Shown here: positions 5,838 to 15,130 of the stretch, piece after piece | How positions within the stretch are numbered: the first letter of the stretch is position 1 | Layout of the letters: each line of letters begins with the position of its first letter | Assembly: GCA_011049175.1 (NCBI GenBank) | Contig: DSCJ01000100.1 | Location: 673 to 64,672 of the forward strand | Source of the DNA: Bacteroidota bacterium | GTDB taxonomy: Bacteria > Bacteroidota > Bacteroidia > Bacteroidales > VadinHA17 | Direction: 5' to 3' | DNA: 64,000 bases | Notes under the pieces: model-generated | Databases searched by the model: none | What the model was told of the DNA's origin: nothing | The model's input: only the letters and a program-made list of their open reading frames with translations | Made by a program: the position numbers and the translations under genes

Positions 5838-8702
5838 TTATTCTCTACCGCAAATGGGCCGGCAGGCACAGTAATCACATATTTTCTGGTCGCCGGTCAG
5901 GGTAAAAGGCCTGTGCGGATCAAATAGCTCCTGCAGCAATTCTCGCAGATTCTCTTCGAAAGCCTCCTGTACAACCGCCACATTCACCAGCGGGCTTTTT
6001 GCATTCACATCCACCAGACGGGTATCAAACCCCTCCCGGTAAATATTCCGGAGAAACAGAAGACCGGGTGTAACGGTTTTTTCTTCTGGCAGGGAGTTCC
6101 GGTAAACCAGGGAATACAGGATGGTCTGAAAGGCCATTCCGTTCCGGGAAGGTTGACCCCTCTGGAAAAGGGAACCAACTCCCCTGAACTCAAGGTTAAC
6201 CTTTCCCGTTTTGTAGTCGAGCACTCTCACCTTTCCGGCTTTCTCATCCAGGCGGTCGATCGTACCTCCAATTCTGACCTTTCTATCTTCCCCGTTCCTG
6301 AGGAAGGAAAAATCCATATAATAAGGTTTTTCCAGGGCCAGCATGAGAAACGGAGCGGTTCTGCGATCGAGCGCCATGATCCGGTCGGCATATTCCCTGA
6401 TCACCTCCTTCACCAGGAACAGGTTCCCTTCGGGTTCGCCTCCCCCGGCATGTTTGAACCATACTTCCCGGAAAGCCCTGCTGAGCGCTTCCTCCACCCG
6501 GTTTTCATCATGTTGCAATGCTTCCAGCCAGCCTGCCTGCACCTCTTCTCCGCATTTTTCTTCGTACAGGTATTTCATGGTATGATGCAACAGGCTTCCG
6601 AAGGCAGCTTCATCCACCTGCCCTGTAAACGTTTTCTCTTCGGTTATTCCAGCCAGATAGCGGTAATAGAAACGCATGGGGCAATCGAGGTAGGCATTCA
6701 GGGCAGTGGGGCTGAGGGCGATCTGTTTTTCCGCCCCGTCGAGATACTGCTCCAGTAAGCTGTACACTTCGCGGGTTTTGGGAATGGTTACCGGAACAGA
6801 AACGGTACTAACCGCAGGTGGCGAGGGGCGAATATCGGCGATCCTGATCTGCGAATCGTACCTGAGCTGGTGGATAAACCGGCTGGCCTCGCCTGTTACC
6901 ATGCCCCTGTCCACTCCCGTATACACCAGCCATACGTTTTCCGCACGCTGCAGTAACCGGTAAAAGTAATAAGCAAAGATGGAATCCTGGTGTGCGGTTA
7001 CGGGAAGTCCGAAACCCACCCGCAGGTTATGCGGAATGAATGATCCGCGGGCAGTGGTACGTGGCAGAAAGCCCTCGCCGGCCGAAAGCAGGATCACATT
7101 CCGGAAATCCAGGGAGCGGGTTTCCATCAGGCCCATTACCTGCAGACCCGCCAGCGGTTCCCCAGAAAAAGGAATGCGGACAGGATACAGGTAACGGCGC
7201 AGCAGCGACAGGTAGGTAGAAAAAGCCGGGTTGACATTTTCAGAGGAAATCAGCTCCTGCAGTTTCCCAATGGCCTCATAAACATGGTAGATAAATTCAC
7301 GGGTCATGCGGTGTTCCTCCTCCCGTCCCTCTGCCGAGGAATGCACAAAAAACCGGTACAGAATATCCTGCAGCCAGCGGGAAACTTCGTGAATATCGCC
7401 GGGCACGGCAAAAAGAAAACCGAGGCTTTCATGCTTTTCCAGGCGGTTTGTTTCGACAAACAAACGGTTGGAGCGAAAGATATCCGCCGTGAGTTCACCG
7501 GCCGCACCCGCATCCAGGTCTTTCACCATCTGCTGGCTCAGCAGGTCGACCACATCGCGGGCATCGAACCTCCTGCCCTGCCCTTCCCCTCTTACACCCC
7601 TCGCCAGGCGGAACAGACTGTTCAGCAGAGGGTACACCGGAGCATCTTTCAGGGGATATCCCATGGTTACATTGATCTCTTTCACATGGGAAGGGATGGA
7701 ATACATTACCGGCAGCAGCATGGATTCATCGGCCAGCACCACAGCCGTGTGGTTGGGATCGTCGCCTGCCTCACCTGACGTTTCATTGAGGATATGCCCC
7801 AACATTCTGGCCTCTTCCATACGTGACGAGGTTTCAATGACCCGTATCTCCCTTCCCGGACGATTCAAAACGGAAAAATCCATATCCATGCTCTTCGGGG
7901 GAAACTCCTGGAGGTTTTGCCTCAGGAAAAATCCCGCTTCCTGTTGCACATCACCGGTGTACCAGGTGTCATAATCCCAGTAAAAATCGGCCAGTCCGCG
8001 GTTCCTGAAACCTGCCAGCAGTTTTTTTTCACAGGCATTCAGGGCCGCGAATCCCACAAAACACACCCGACGGGCATCACAGGGAAGGTCTTCGCCTCTG
8101 TCGGCCTTTTCAGCCACCCCGCGGTAGATCATTCCGTCGTATCCGAATCCTTCGGAACGGAGAGTTTCCCTTAATCCGTCATACAGACCCGGCAGCAGGT
8201 TCCACATACGCAGGAACGATTCACTGTTCCCGCTTTTCCGATCTTCCGGCAGGGCATCCCAGAACCAGCGCACAGCCTCCCGCTGCTCTTCCGTGAGGTA
8301 GGCAAAATGTTCATCAATTTCACGCAACGACCGCACATTCCTGAAAAGGTCGTGCGGATCGGCCAGGTACTTGTCCACCTCGTCGAAATCATTCAGCACC
8401 ATTTCCCCCCAGGGGAAAAAAGCATCGAACGATTCCGGTGCGGGGTGGATATTCCTGTACACCCCGTAGAGGCGGATCACAGAAAAAAGCCGGTCTGCTG
8501 GCAGGTATTCCGAATACTCCCGGAACAATTCGCTGATGGTCAGCATGCGGGGCATCCAGGAGGTTTTTTTTATCATTCCGCCCAGAAAACGGCTGAAATA
8601 CTGGGCAGACCGGCGTCCGGGAAAAACCATCCAAACGCGGTCAAGGGAATCAGGATAGGCTTCGTATACCTGACGGGCGATATGTTGCAGAAATATTTCC
8701 AA
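5838..8702 (-). CDS. AddB-like PD-(D/E)XK nuclease family protein with Fe-S cysteine staple
   Basis: 954 aa. The C-terminal RecB-type nuclease motif is GGTIDRLDEKAGKVRVLDYKTGK. One upstream Cys (LDCPMRFYYRYL) and the terminal CDYCACRPIC cluster match the AddB 4Fe-4S arrangement. There is no Walker A motif. Confidence 0.75.
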   Translation of the reverse strand: MEIFLQHIARQVYEAYPDSLDRVWMVFPGRRSAQYFSRFLGGMIKKTSWMPRMLTISELFREYSEYLPADRLFSVIRLYGVYRNIHPAPESFDAFFPWGEMVLNDFDEVDKYLADPHDLFRNVRSLREIDEHFAYLTEEQREAVRWFWDALPEDRKSGNSESFLRMWNLLPGLYDGLRETLRSEGFGYDGMIYRGVAEKADRGEDLPCDARRVCFVGFAALNACEKKLLAGFRNRGLADFYWDYDTWYTGDVQQEAGFFLRQNLQEFPPKSMDMDFSVLNRPGREIRVIETSSRMEEARMLGHILNETSGEAGDDPNHTAVVLADESMLLPVMYSIPSHVKEINVTMGYPLKDAPVYPLLNSLFRLARGVRGEGQGRRFDARDVVDLLSQQMVKDLDAGAAGELTADIFRSNRLFVETNRLEKHESLGFLFAVPGDIHEVSRWLQDILYRFFVHSSAEGREEEHRMTREFIYHVYEAIGKLQELISSENVNPAFSTYLSLLRRYLYPVRIPFSGEPLAGLQVMGLMETRSLDFRNVILLSAGEGFLPRTTARGSFIPHNLRVGFGLPVTAHQDSIFAYYFYRLLQRAENVWLVYTGVDRGMVTGEASRFIHQLRYDSQIRIADIRPSPPAVSTVSVPVTIPKTREVYSLLEQYLDGAEKQIALSPTALNAYLDCPMRFYYRYLAGITEEKTFTGQVDEAAFGSLLHHTMKYLYEEKCGEEVQAGWLEALQHDENRVEEALSRAFREVWFKHAGGGEPEGNLFLVKEVIREYADRIMALDRRTAPFLMLALEKPYYMDFSFLRNGEDRKVRIGGTIDRLDEKAGKVRVLDYKTGKVNLEFRGVGSLFQRGQPSRNGMAFQTILYSLVYRNSLPEEKTVTPGLLFLRNIYREGFDTRLVDVNAKSPLVNVAVVQEAFEENLRELLQELFDPHRPFTLTGDQKICDYCACRPICGRE

Positions 8703-8752
8703 CGGCAGAATCTTCTTCGAAACGGTTAATTCATGTTTTTCACCTTATCTGG

Positions 8753-11700
8753 TCATTTCCCCGGAAGGGGAACAAAACACTCCACCTGCGCATAATTCCC
8801 GAAAGAACCGGGGAAACGGGTTCGGTAGGTAACCACATTCCCTTCCCTGCCGGTGAGGAGGGCATTCCATGCCTCTCCCGGCTCCGTTTCCGACCATATT
8901 TTCCACTCGGCTACTTCGCCGGGACGGTGTTCCATTATCACACGCATGCCTTCTGCCGTGTATTCCGTATCGATGATGCGGAATGTTCCGGAAGAATCGC
9001 CCGGGGCCACGCTGGGCAGGTGTGCCATAACGGCGGTCATGTTCCGGTACCGGATATCCACCCTGGCCCTGTTCCGCAACTTCAGTGGGATGTTTGCTCT
9101 CATACCGGAAGGAAAGGAACCCGTATCCGCCTGAACGGTTTCCCCGTTGACAAGCACCTCCATAACCTTAGTATTCCCGGGGAATGCGGGTGAGAAATCC
9201 AGGTGCAGGGCACGGGGTCCTTTATGCGTAAAATGAAAGGTGATCATTCCGGGTTCTTTCTCCATACGGAAATCCATGCGGTGGGCTCCCACCCTGATCT
9301 GCTCCACTCTGACGGTATCCCAGTAGGGAGGAAAAGCAGGAGCAAACTTCAGTGAGTGTTCCGCTGCGTCGGGGTCGAGTCCCAGCATTCCTTCCAGCAG
9401 GGGTTGAATGGCCATGGTTTCCGACCATCCCTGGTGTGCGCAGACCCCCCGGGGAACATACATTTTCCCGTGAAGAACCTCTTCCATGAACCCGAGCGAC
9501 CCATGTTGACAGGTTCTCAGATTATTCATCAGGTGAGAAAACGCCTGGAGTGATTTCCCGCACCTGTATTCTGCCAGGGCAGTCCACCCGGTATACAGGG
9601 GCCACACACTTCCGGTATGGTACCCCTCTGGATTGAAATGCGGACTGGACTCGCCGATAATACGTGTTCCCCAGTCGGTACTGAATTCATTGGAGGCCCA
9701 GGTCCGGATCATCCGGAGGGAACGGGCTGCAGGAATGTGACCGAAAAGAACCGGAACGGCAGGCATGATGGTAGGCATGTAATGATAGGTATCGTCGGGA
9801 TTTTTCCCGTGGGCATAGAACCCATCCGGGCCCCGGAATTCTTCACTGATCAGCGAAACCACTCTCTCGTAATCACTGAAATACCTGTCATAACCGTCAA
9901 AATTCATAATACGGGTGATGGAAGCAGCTTCCCGCAGGGCTTCCGCCCATACCGACGCCAGATACAGGGTGGTTTTCGAACCGAAAAGAGCCCCGCCTTC
10001 CACCCATCCATGACCCACATGGGTGTTTTCAATCAGGAGGTCGCCGTCGGTATCGGTGGAATAGCAAAAATCAATGGCTTTCCGGATATTTTTCCATGTT
10101 TTCCTGATAAAGGCCTTATCGCCGCTGTGGCGCAGGTACCGGCCCACCAGGATAATATAGAGGGGAGTGGCATCTGCTGCATCATAATGGGCGAAGCCCG
10201 ATGTGGTGAGTTCGTGATATATTTTTCCATCGGGCGACTGATAGCGGTTAAATGTCCCGAGCATGGTACGTACCTTTTCAAAATCGCCGTAATGCAGCAT
10301 GGCCATGGCACACCAGATGGCATCCCTCCCGAAGTACCAGGCGTATCCAGGCCTTCCGTTAACGGCATGGCCGCCGTCCCATCCGGCAGCCGTTGTGCCA
10401 TAGCCAGCCACCAGGCTTTCTCCTATACCGGGAGTATGCACAAACAAACGGTCGGTACCTACCCGGGCCCAGCGGTACCCTTCATTGAGAAGGGTGTCGG
10501 GAGTAATCACCTGCACGTGCTCCTGCTCCCTCTGCCGGGTGTACGCCACTGCTTCGTCAAGCACCAGCCGGGGGTGCTGCATATTCCGGCGGTAAAGGTT
10601 TCTGCCCCGGTCATAACCTTCGGAAGTAGCGGCTATCAATACATCGGTACGGTTCTGCCGGGAAGAAAGAGGCACCGTCATCTGACCACTCACCGGAAAA
10701 GTGTCGGACCTGATGCCCCCGGGAAACGGACCGTTTCCTGTTTCAAACCCGGAGAAGTTTCCCGTTTGCCTGTGCAGGATGCGGCCGTTGGTACCCAGCA
10801 CCATGACGTGACCCCGTGATTCGTCGTACACCACAAAGGCGTTTAAACCCTTGTCAAATCCGTAGTACAGGTCGCCGGTAGCACGGTGTGAATAGGGCCA
10901 CATAAGGCGGAAACGGGTTTCAAAAAACACATGGAGATACAGGGTATCGGGGCCGGAATATTCGTAATGCATCACGCCGAGCGGGAGATCAGGATGGGCC
11001 GTTATGGTTTCGGTTAGTGTATCCCTGTTGATCACATATTTCCTGGTAAAATATGACGGATGAACGATAACGGATGAGGGATATTCTGAAAGCCACTGGA
11101 AATTGGTTATCCCGGGGTGGCTCACACCCACCCTGTAGTTTTGCAGAGCCATAAACGGATGTGACCAGATTTCGTCCACTCCGCCGGTTTCCTTTCCCAT
11201 GATCAGAAGGCGGCGGCCGGCCACGTCCCAGAATGTTTCTGCAGCCCGTTCACGGCGGAGCAGAAACGGCTCCTGTGGCAGGTTCCAGGGTTCGGAAGGA
11301 GGCAGGTCTTCGTGCTTCCCGTTAAAAGCTACCGGATAGGTATCCCTTTCAGTAAATGTCCAGTAATTCCTCTTCTCGTGAGATGGTCGCCCGCACAGAT
11401 AAGACACCAGGTTTTCGGCCACCATTTCCAGTTCCGTACGCTGAAAGTTAGGAACGGAGAAGTACAAAAATGCCCCCAGAGCCAGTACCCTTCCTTTTCC
11501 ATCCTCATATTCGATCATCAGTTTCTCTTCTTCATTCAGGAAAACATACGACCATCCCACGCCGGTTACTTTTCCCTTTTCCGGAACATGATTTCCGAAG
11601 AAACCCGTTTTCCGTATGGTCATATCCGATTTCGGGTGGAAGAAATAGCTACCTCCGTGCAGTCCCCCGAATACAGGGTGTGAGCCGAAGGCCCGCATTC

Positions 11701-12190
11701 CTTTTTTTCTTCCGTATCCTTCATCGATCAGTTCTTCTTTCACCGTTTCGGGAGGCCGGGGCTCCCAGCCCAGGTCGTGGGTCAGGTTAGCCGCCTGCAG
11801 GCTAAGGAGCAGGGCTCCCCCTTCCCTGACAAAACGGGTGAGGGTTTCTCTGATCCTTTCGTGTCGGTATGCTTTCAGCCGGGCAGTATCATCTTCATGA
11901 ATCCAGACCAGTGAGAGGCCTTTCAACGCATCATGCCCGTTGATCAGCTTTTCGGAAGGGATCAGCCGGTATTCGGTATTCCTTCGTTTATCAAGAAACC
12001 TTGCCAGGGCACGGTTTTCGGAATCCAATTCCTGAACATTGCCCGAAATCACGATCCCGACCCGGTCTCTTCCCAGGTACCGGAGGTAATAATAGCTCAC
12101 TCCCACCACTGCGGCCAGCGCCAGATAAAAGAAAAACTTCGGGGAAAATATACTCAGGATCTGTTTTCTTGTTCTGTTCTTGCGAGGCAT
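8753..12190 (-). CDS. Membrane-anchored amylo-alpha-1,6-glucosidase / glycogen-debranching (GDE_C-type) family protein, 1145 aa
   Basis: It has an N-terminal TM anchor (FFFYLALAAVVGVSYYYL). The central region carries (alpha/alpha)6-type motifs: YAWYFGRDAIWCAMAML..DGKIYHELTTSG..ADATPLYIILVGRY..GDLLIENTHVGHGWVEGG..TGSVWPLYTGW. Extra N- and C-terminal modules are of unknown function. Confidence 0.7.
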   Translation of the reverse strand: MPRKNRTRKQILSIFSPKFFFYLALAAVVGVSYYYLRYLGRDRVGIVISGNVQELDSENRALARFLDKRRNTEYRLIPSEKLINGHDALKGLSLVWIHEDDTARLKAYRHERIRETLTRFVREGGALLLSLQAANLTHDLGWEPRPPETVKEELIDEGYGRKKGMRAFGSHPVFGGLHGGSYFFHPKSDMTIRKTGFFGNHVPEKGKVTGVGWSYVFLNEEEKLMIEYEDGKGRVLALGAFLYFSVPNFQRTELEMVAENLVSYLCGRPSHEKRNYWTFTERDTYPVAFNGKHEDLPPSEPWNLPQEPFLLRRERAAETFWDVAGRRLLIMGKETGGVDEIWSHPFMALQNYRVGVSHPGITNFQWLSEYPSSVIVHPSYFTRKYVINRDTLTETITAHPDLPLGVMHYEYSGPDTLYLHVFFETRFRLMWPYSHRATGDLYYGFDKGLNAFVVYDESRGHVMVLGTNGRILHRQTGNFSGFETGNGPFPGGIRSDTFPVSGQMTVPLSSRQNRTDVLIAATSEGYDRGRNLYRRNMQHPRLVLDEAVAYTRQREQEHVQVITPDTLLNEGYRWARVGTDRLFVHTPGIGESLVAGYGTTAAGWDGGHAVNGRPGYAWYFGRDAIWCAMAMLHYGDFEKVRTMLGTFNRYQSPDGKIYHELTTSGFAHYDAADATPLYIILVGRYLRHSGDKAFIRKTWKNIRKAIDFCYSTDTDGDLLIENTHVGHGWVEGGALFGSKTTLYLASVWAEALREAASITRIMNFDGYDRYFSDYERVVSLISEEFRGPDGFYAHGKNPDDTYHYMPTIMPAVPVLFGHIPAARSLRMIRTWASNEFSTDWGTRIIGESSPHFNPEGYHTGSVWPLYTGWTALAEYRCGKSLQAFSHLMNNLRTCQHGSLGFMEEVLHGKMYVPRGVCAHQGWSETMAIQPLLEGMLGLDPDAAEHSLKFAPAFPPYWDTVRVEQIRVGAHRMDFRMEKEPGMITFHFTHKGPRALHLDFSPAFPGNTKVMEVLVNGETVQADTGSFPSGMRANIPLKLRNRARVDIRYRNMTAVMAHLPSVAPGDSSGTFRIIDTEYTAEGMRVIMEHRPGEVAEWKIWSETEPGEAWNALLTGREGNVVTYRTRFPGSFGNYAQVECFVPLPGK

Positions 12191-12301
12191 GGCAGATGGT
12201 CAGGTATCAGGAATACAACCGGCTGTTAAATTACCATTTTACCAGGAAAGAGCAAAACAGAAACCTGGCGGGGCGGTCTCATTTTGTATCATCTTGATTT
12301 A

Positions 12302-15109
12302 TCAATCCTTGACCTGTGCATCCATTACGCAACGGAATCCCACGGTGGCATTCCTGTCAAAACCGGGGGATACCAGCAGAAGCATCTGGGTATGGTTAAC
12401 GGGCCTGGGGCCACCCTGCACATACCATGAACTGGAGGTGGGCTGATAATAGCTGCCTCCCCTGATAATGGAAAAACGGTAGCTTCCGTTATCGTATGTA
12501 TCGCTGGTAAGCTGCCACACATTTCCCACCATATCAACCACTCCGAAGGGGCTGGCTCCTTTCATGAAAGCATCCACGGGGGTAGGCCTTTCAAATGCGT
12601 TGTTACACCGGGTGGCATGGAATTCATCCCCCCAGGGCCAGGAACGTTTGTCGGTTCCCTGGGCGGCATACTGCCATTCCCTTTCGGTTGGAAGCCTTTT
12701 CCCGGCCCAGTCAGCATATGCACGGGCATCCTCGGGGCTGACCCAAACCACGGGATAATTCTCTGTTCCCGGGGGATATATCCCGTTTTCCCAGTGTTTG
12801 AGGAAATTGGCGGGATCGTCGGGGCGGTAGCCCGACTGTACCAGGAACTCGTGAAACTGCGCATTGGTTACCGGGTATTTGTCCATGAAGAACCTGGGCA
12901 TCTCCACCGTTTCCGATTCTGCATAATCGGGATAGGGTATAAAACTGTCATCGTGATATACCGAATATTCAAACACCCCGGCAGGGATCTCCACCATGCC
13001 GGCAGGGGGTCTGTTCACAACCCGGGTTTTTTCCACCGTGCTCACCAGCCAGGGCTTTCCATGATCGAAAGTGATCACCCTTTCGTCAAGCAGTTCTTCT
13101 CCTTCATAGAGTTGCAAAACATAATCGCCGGTATATCTTCCGAACTCCTTAAACAGGCTGAGTTCCCAGAAACCGGTGGGAAAATCGACATACCGGCCCT
13201 GCCAGGATGGTTTTCCTTTCCACAGGCGGATACGATCGCCGGTAGTGGCCTGGAAGAACAGAGAATCCCCCTTTCTTTCCACCCTGAGCAATTCCGGAAA
13301 TGCTGCCAGGCATTCCACGTTGCCTTCCCGGCGGGTGCCCAAATACGATTCATTGAATGCTTCGATTTCGACCGGAAGGTAAAAATGTCCGTTGATCTTC
13401 ACCGGTTCAATTTCCCGGTGGTTCCACAAACTGATGTAATGATAGGGACCCGGATCATCGAGGCGGACCAGGGGGCCGGAATGTCCCTCAGGCCTGAGGC
13501 TGAAGACGGTATACAGAACTTTCTCCCCGTTGGTCCAGCGGTTGACCCATATGGAATCAGCCAGGCTTTCTGTCAGCGGGGTCCAATCGGGAGCGGTAAA
13601 AACCGAAGCATTTCTCCGCAGGATCATGGTGGTTTCACCCAGGTACCGGAATTCTTCTTCCATCCACCCGGGCCGGCCGGGGGCAAAGGTATTGATCTCC
13701 GTACCGATTCCGTTAAAGAAAGAGATGGCAATTTCCCGGTGCAGCCTTCCCTGGCTCAGCTGACACACCCGGAAAATGGCATGATCGGGACGGATCAGCT
13801 TGTTCAGGTTCAGGGGAGGAGGCATATAAATGGCATCATGCACCCTTCCCGAAAGGATCCCCGGCATATCGCGGGGAACGGCCATTCCCTCGCTGTACAT
13901 GATCACACCGGGTTTCACTTCATCGGCCACCTGCTGCAGTTCCACACTGGAGCTTCCCCGCGTATCAAGCACCACTCCGTCGGCATCCACAGCTTCGATC
14001 AGGCGGGCCATTCCCCGGTAATGGTCTTCCTCGCGGGTACTCTGATCCCAGGGATTGTAGGCAATGTAGAAACGTGTGCCGTTTTCCCGGGCATAGCGGG
14101 CAAGTTCATGCAGTTTTTCGAGTCCGAGCGGCAAATCGGCATACAGGTCCCACTGATTCCTCTGATCAATCCCCAGTCGGGGCCAGGTGGGCCAGATACC
14201 AAAAACATCGATCCCTCCAAACAGTTCTTCCCCCTTTTTCAGAAATTCGTAAAAGGTAAATTTACCGTTTTCCCTGTCATAGAATTCCTGATCCCAGGCA
14301 AACTGAAGCACAATAACATAGCACTGCCGTATCCACTGCAGGTCTTCTCTACGGTAAAGGTAATCATCAAAGTAGTCCAGATCGTACAGGTATCTCTCTC
14401 CGAATACCCGTTTCAGACCATTCTGCCATGGGCCTTCGCAGGTCTCGGCCCAGAGCGTATAAGCCACTCCTGACCGGGGCGGCAGGATGGTTTCATACCT
14501 TCTTCTTTCCCCATCGAGCACCTCGGTTCTTCTGGCAAGGGCCACCAGTGAAACATTCTCTTCCAGGGGCAGAGCTCCGTATCCCATTTCCCAGGCATTG
14601 TCGGGTACAATCACCCCAACGGGAGGTCTTTCCGGAACAAAAAGCTGTGTGCGGGCCAGCCCCGGGAGGCCGGCGGCTGTAATGTACACATGCTCAGGAT
14701 CCATTCCGAAAGGCACCAGGTCGGCCACCCTCACGGTGTCGGCAGTTGAATTTCTGATTGCCAGCCTGATCTTCCATCCATGGTTGAAATCATTCTCTTC
14801 CCCGAGGGTACACGACACTCCATTGGAGAACAGGTAGTTCACCGAACCCGTGTCGCCGTTCACCCTTGCCAGGGAAGCTGAACTGTAGATACGCCCGTTC
14901 AGTCTGACCGTAAAAAGCGGCACCGGGGAATCCAGGGATATTTCCTGTTCGCCGGGAAACTCAACACGGGTGGCCATCAGTCCCCGGCTTGTATCCAGGT
15001 GGATCTTTTCCAGTTTCTGGGCCGGTAAACCACGGGAAATCGCCAGCAAAGAAAGCGTGTAAACAAAAGGTATCCAGAATCCTTGCCCGAAAGAAAACCT
15101 CCTTTTCAT
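12302..15109 (-). CDS. Secreted fusion protein: unknown ~700-aa N-terminal part plus C-terminal FGE/SUMF1-fold domain
   Basis: 935 aa with a signal peptide. The C-terminal ~230 aa (about 12302..13010) read FFMDKYPVTNAQFHEFL..YPVVWVSPEDARAYADWAGKRLPTEREWQYAAQG..WPWGDEF..GNVWQLTSD..IIRGGSY..GFRCV, the formylglycine-generating-enzyme fold signature. Confidence 0.75.
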   Translation of the reverse strand: MKRRFSFGQGFWIPFVYTLSLLAISRGLPAQKLEKIHLDTSRGLMATRVEFPGEQEISLDSPVPLFTVRLNGRIYSSASLARVNGDTGSVNYLFSNGVSCTLGEENDFNHGWKIRLAIRNSTADTVRVADLVPFGMDPEHVYITAAGLPGLARTQLFVPERPPVGVIVPDNAWEMGYGALPLEENVSLVALARRTEVLDGERRRYETILPPRSGVAYTLWAETCEGPWQNGLKRVFGERYLYDLDYFDDYLYRREDLQWIRQCYVIVLQFAWDQEFYDRENGKFTFYEFLKKGEELFGGIDVFGIWPTWPRLGIDQRNQWDLYADLPLGLEKLHELARYARENGTRFYIAYNPWDQSTREEDHYRGMARLIEAVDADGVVLDTRGSSSVELQQVADEVKPGVIMYSEGMAVPRDMPGILSGRVHDAIYMPPPLNLNKLIRPDHAIFRVCQLSQGRLHREIAISFFNGIGTEINTFAPGRPGWMEEEFRYLGETTMILRRNASVFTAPDWTPLTESLADSIWVNRWTNGEKVLYTVFSLRPEGHSGPLVRLDDPGPYHYISLWNHREIEPVKINGHFYLPVEIEAFNESYLGTRREGNVECLAAFPELLRVERKGDSLFFQATTGDRIRLWKGKPSWQGRYVDFPTGFWELSLFKEFGRYTGDYVLQLYEGEELLDERVITFDHGKPWLVSTVEKTRVVNRPPAGMVEIPAGVFEYSVYHDDSFIPYPDYAESETVEMPRFFMDKYPVTNAQFHEFLVQSGYRPDDPANFLKHWENGIYPPGTENYPVVWVSPEDARAYADWAGKRLPTEREWQYAAQGTDKRSWPWGDEFHATRCNNAFERPTPVDAFMKGASPFGVVDMVGNVWQLTSDTYDNGSYRFSIIRGGSYYQPTSSSWYVQGGPRPVNHTQMLLLVSPGFDRNATVGFRCVMDAQVKD

Positions 15110-15130
15110 TATTCAGTATGCCTAAGATGA

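Noticed and set aside
4908-5927. A 339-aa plus-strand ORF opposite the pentapeptide/K+ channel gene. Similar long antisense ORFs occur at 26453..27931, 17425..18378, 34897..35772, 40872..41840, 38112..38942, 6153..6758 and 7284..7974.
   Set aside because: In each case the opposite strand encodes a protein with unambiguous family motifs (TBDR, MATE, KdsA, C69, QueA, AddB-like). These are shadow ORFs.
4050-8702. The AddB-like nuclease plus K+ channel fusion as a two-gene anti-phage (abortive infection) module.
   Set aside because: Only adjacency supports this. The nuclease has the housekeeping AddB Fe-S architecture. No sensor, NTPase, methylase or mobile-element context is present, and the flanks are metabolic genes. 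It is too speculative to report as a finding.
9617-10819. A 400-aa plus-strand ORF inside the glucosidase-type gene.
   Set aside because: It is antisense to a gene with recognisable (alpha/alpha)6 motifs. It has no motifs of its own and biased composition.
12617-14473. A 618-aa plus-strand ORF, the longest unannotated ORF in the track.
   Set aside because: It is fully antisense to the 935-aa gene, which carries a clear FGE-fold domain. Its translation is Gly/Pro/His/Arg-rich without motifs, the typical shadow ORF of a GC-rich coding region.
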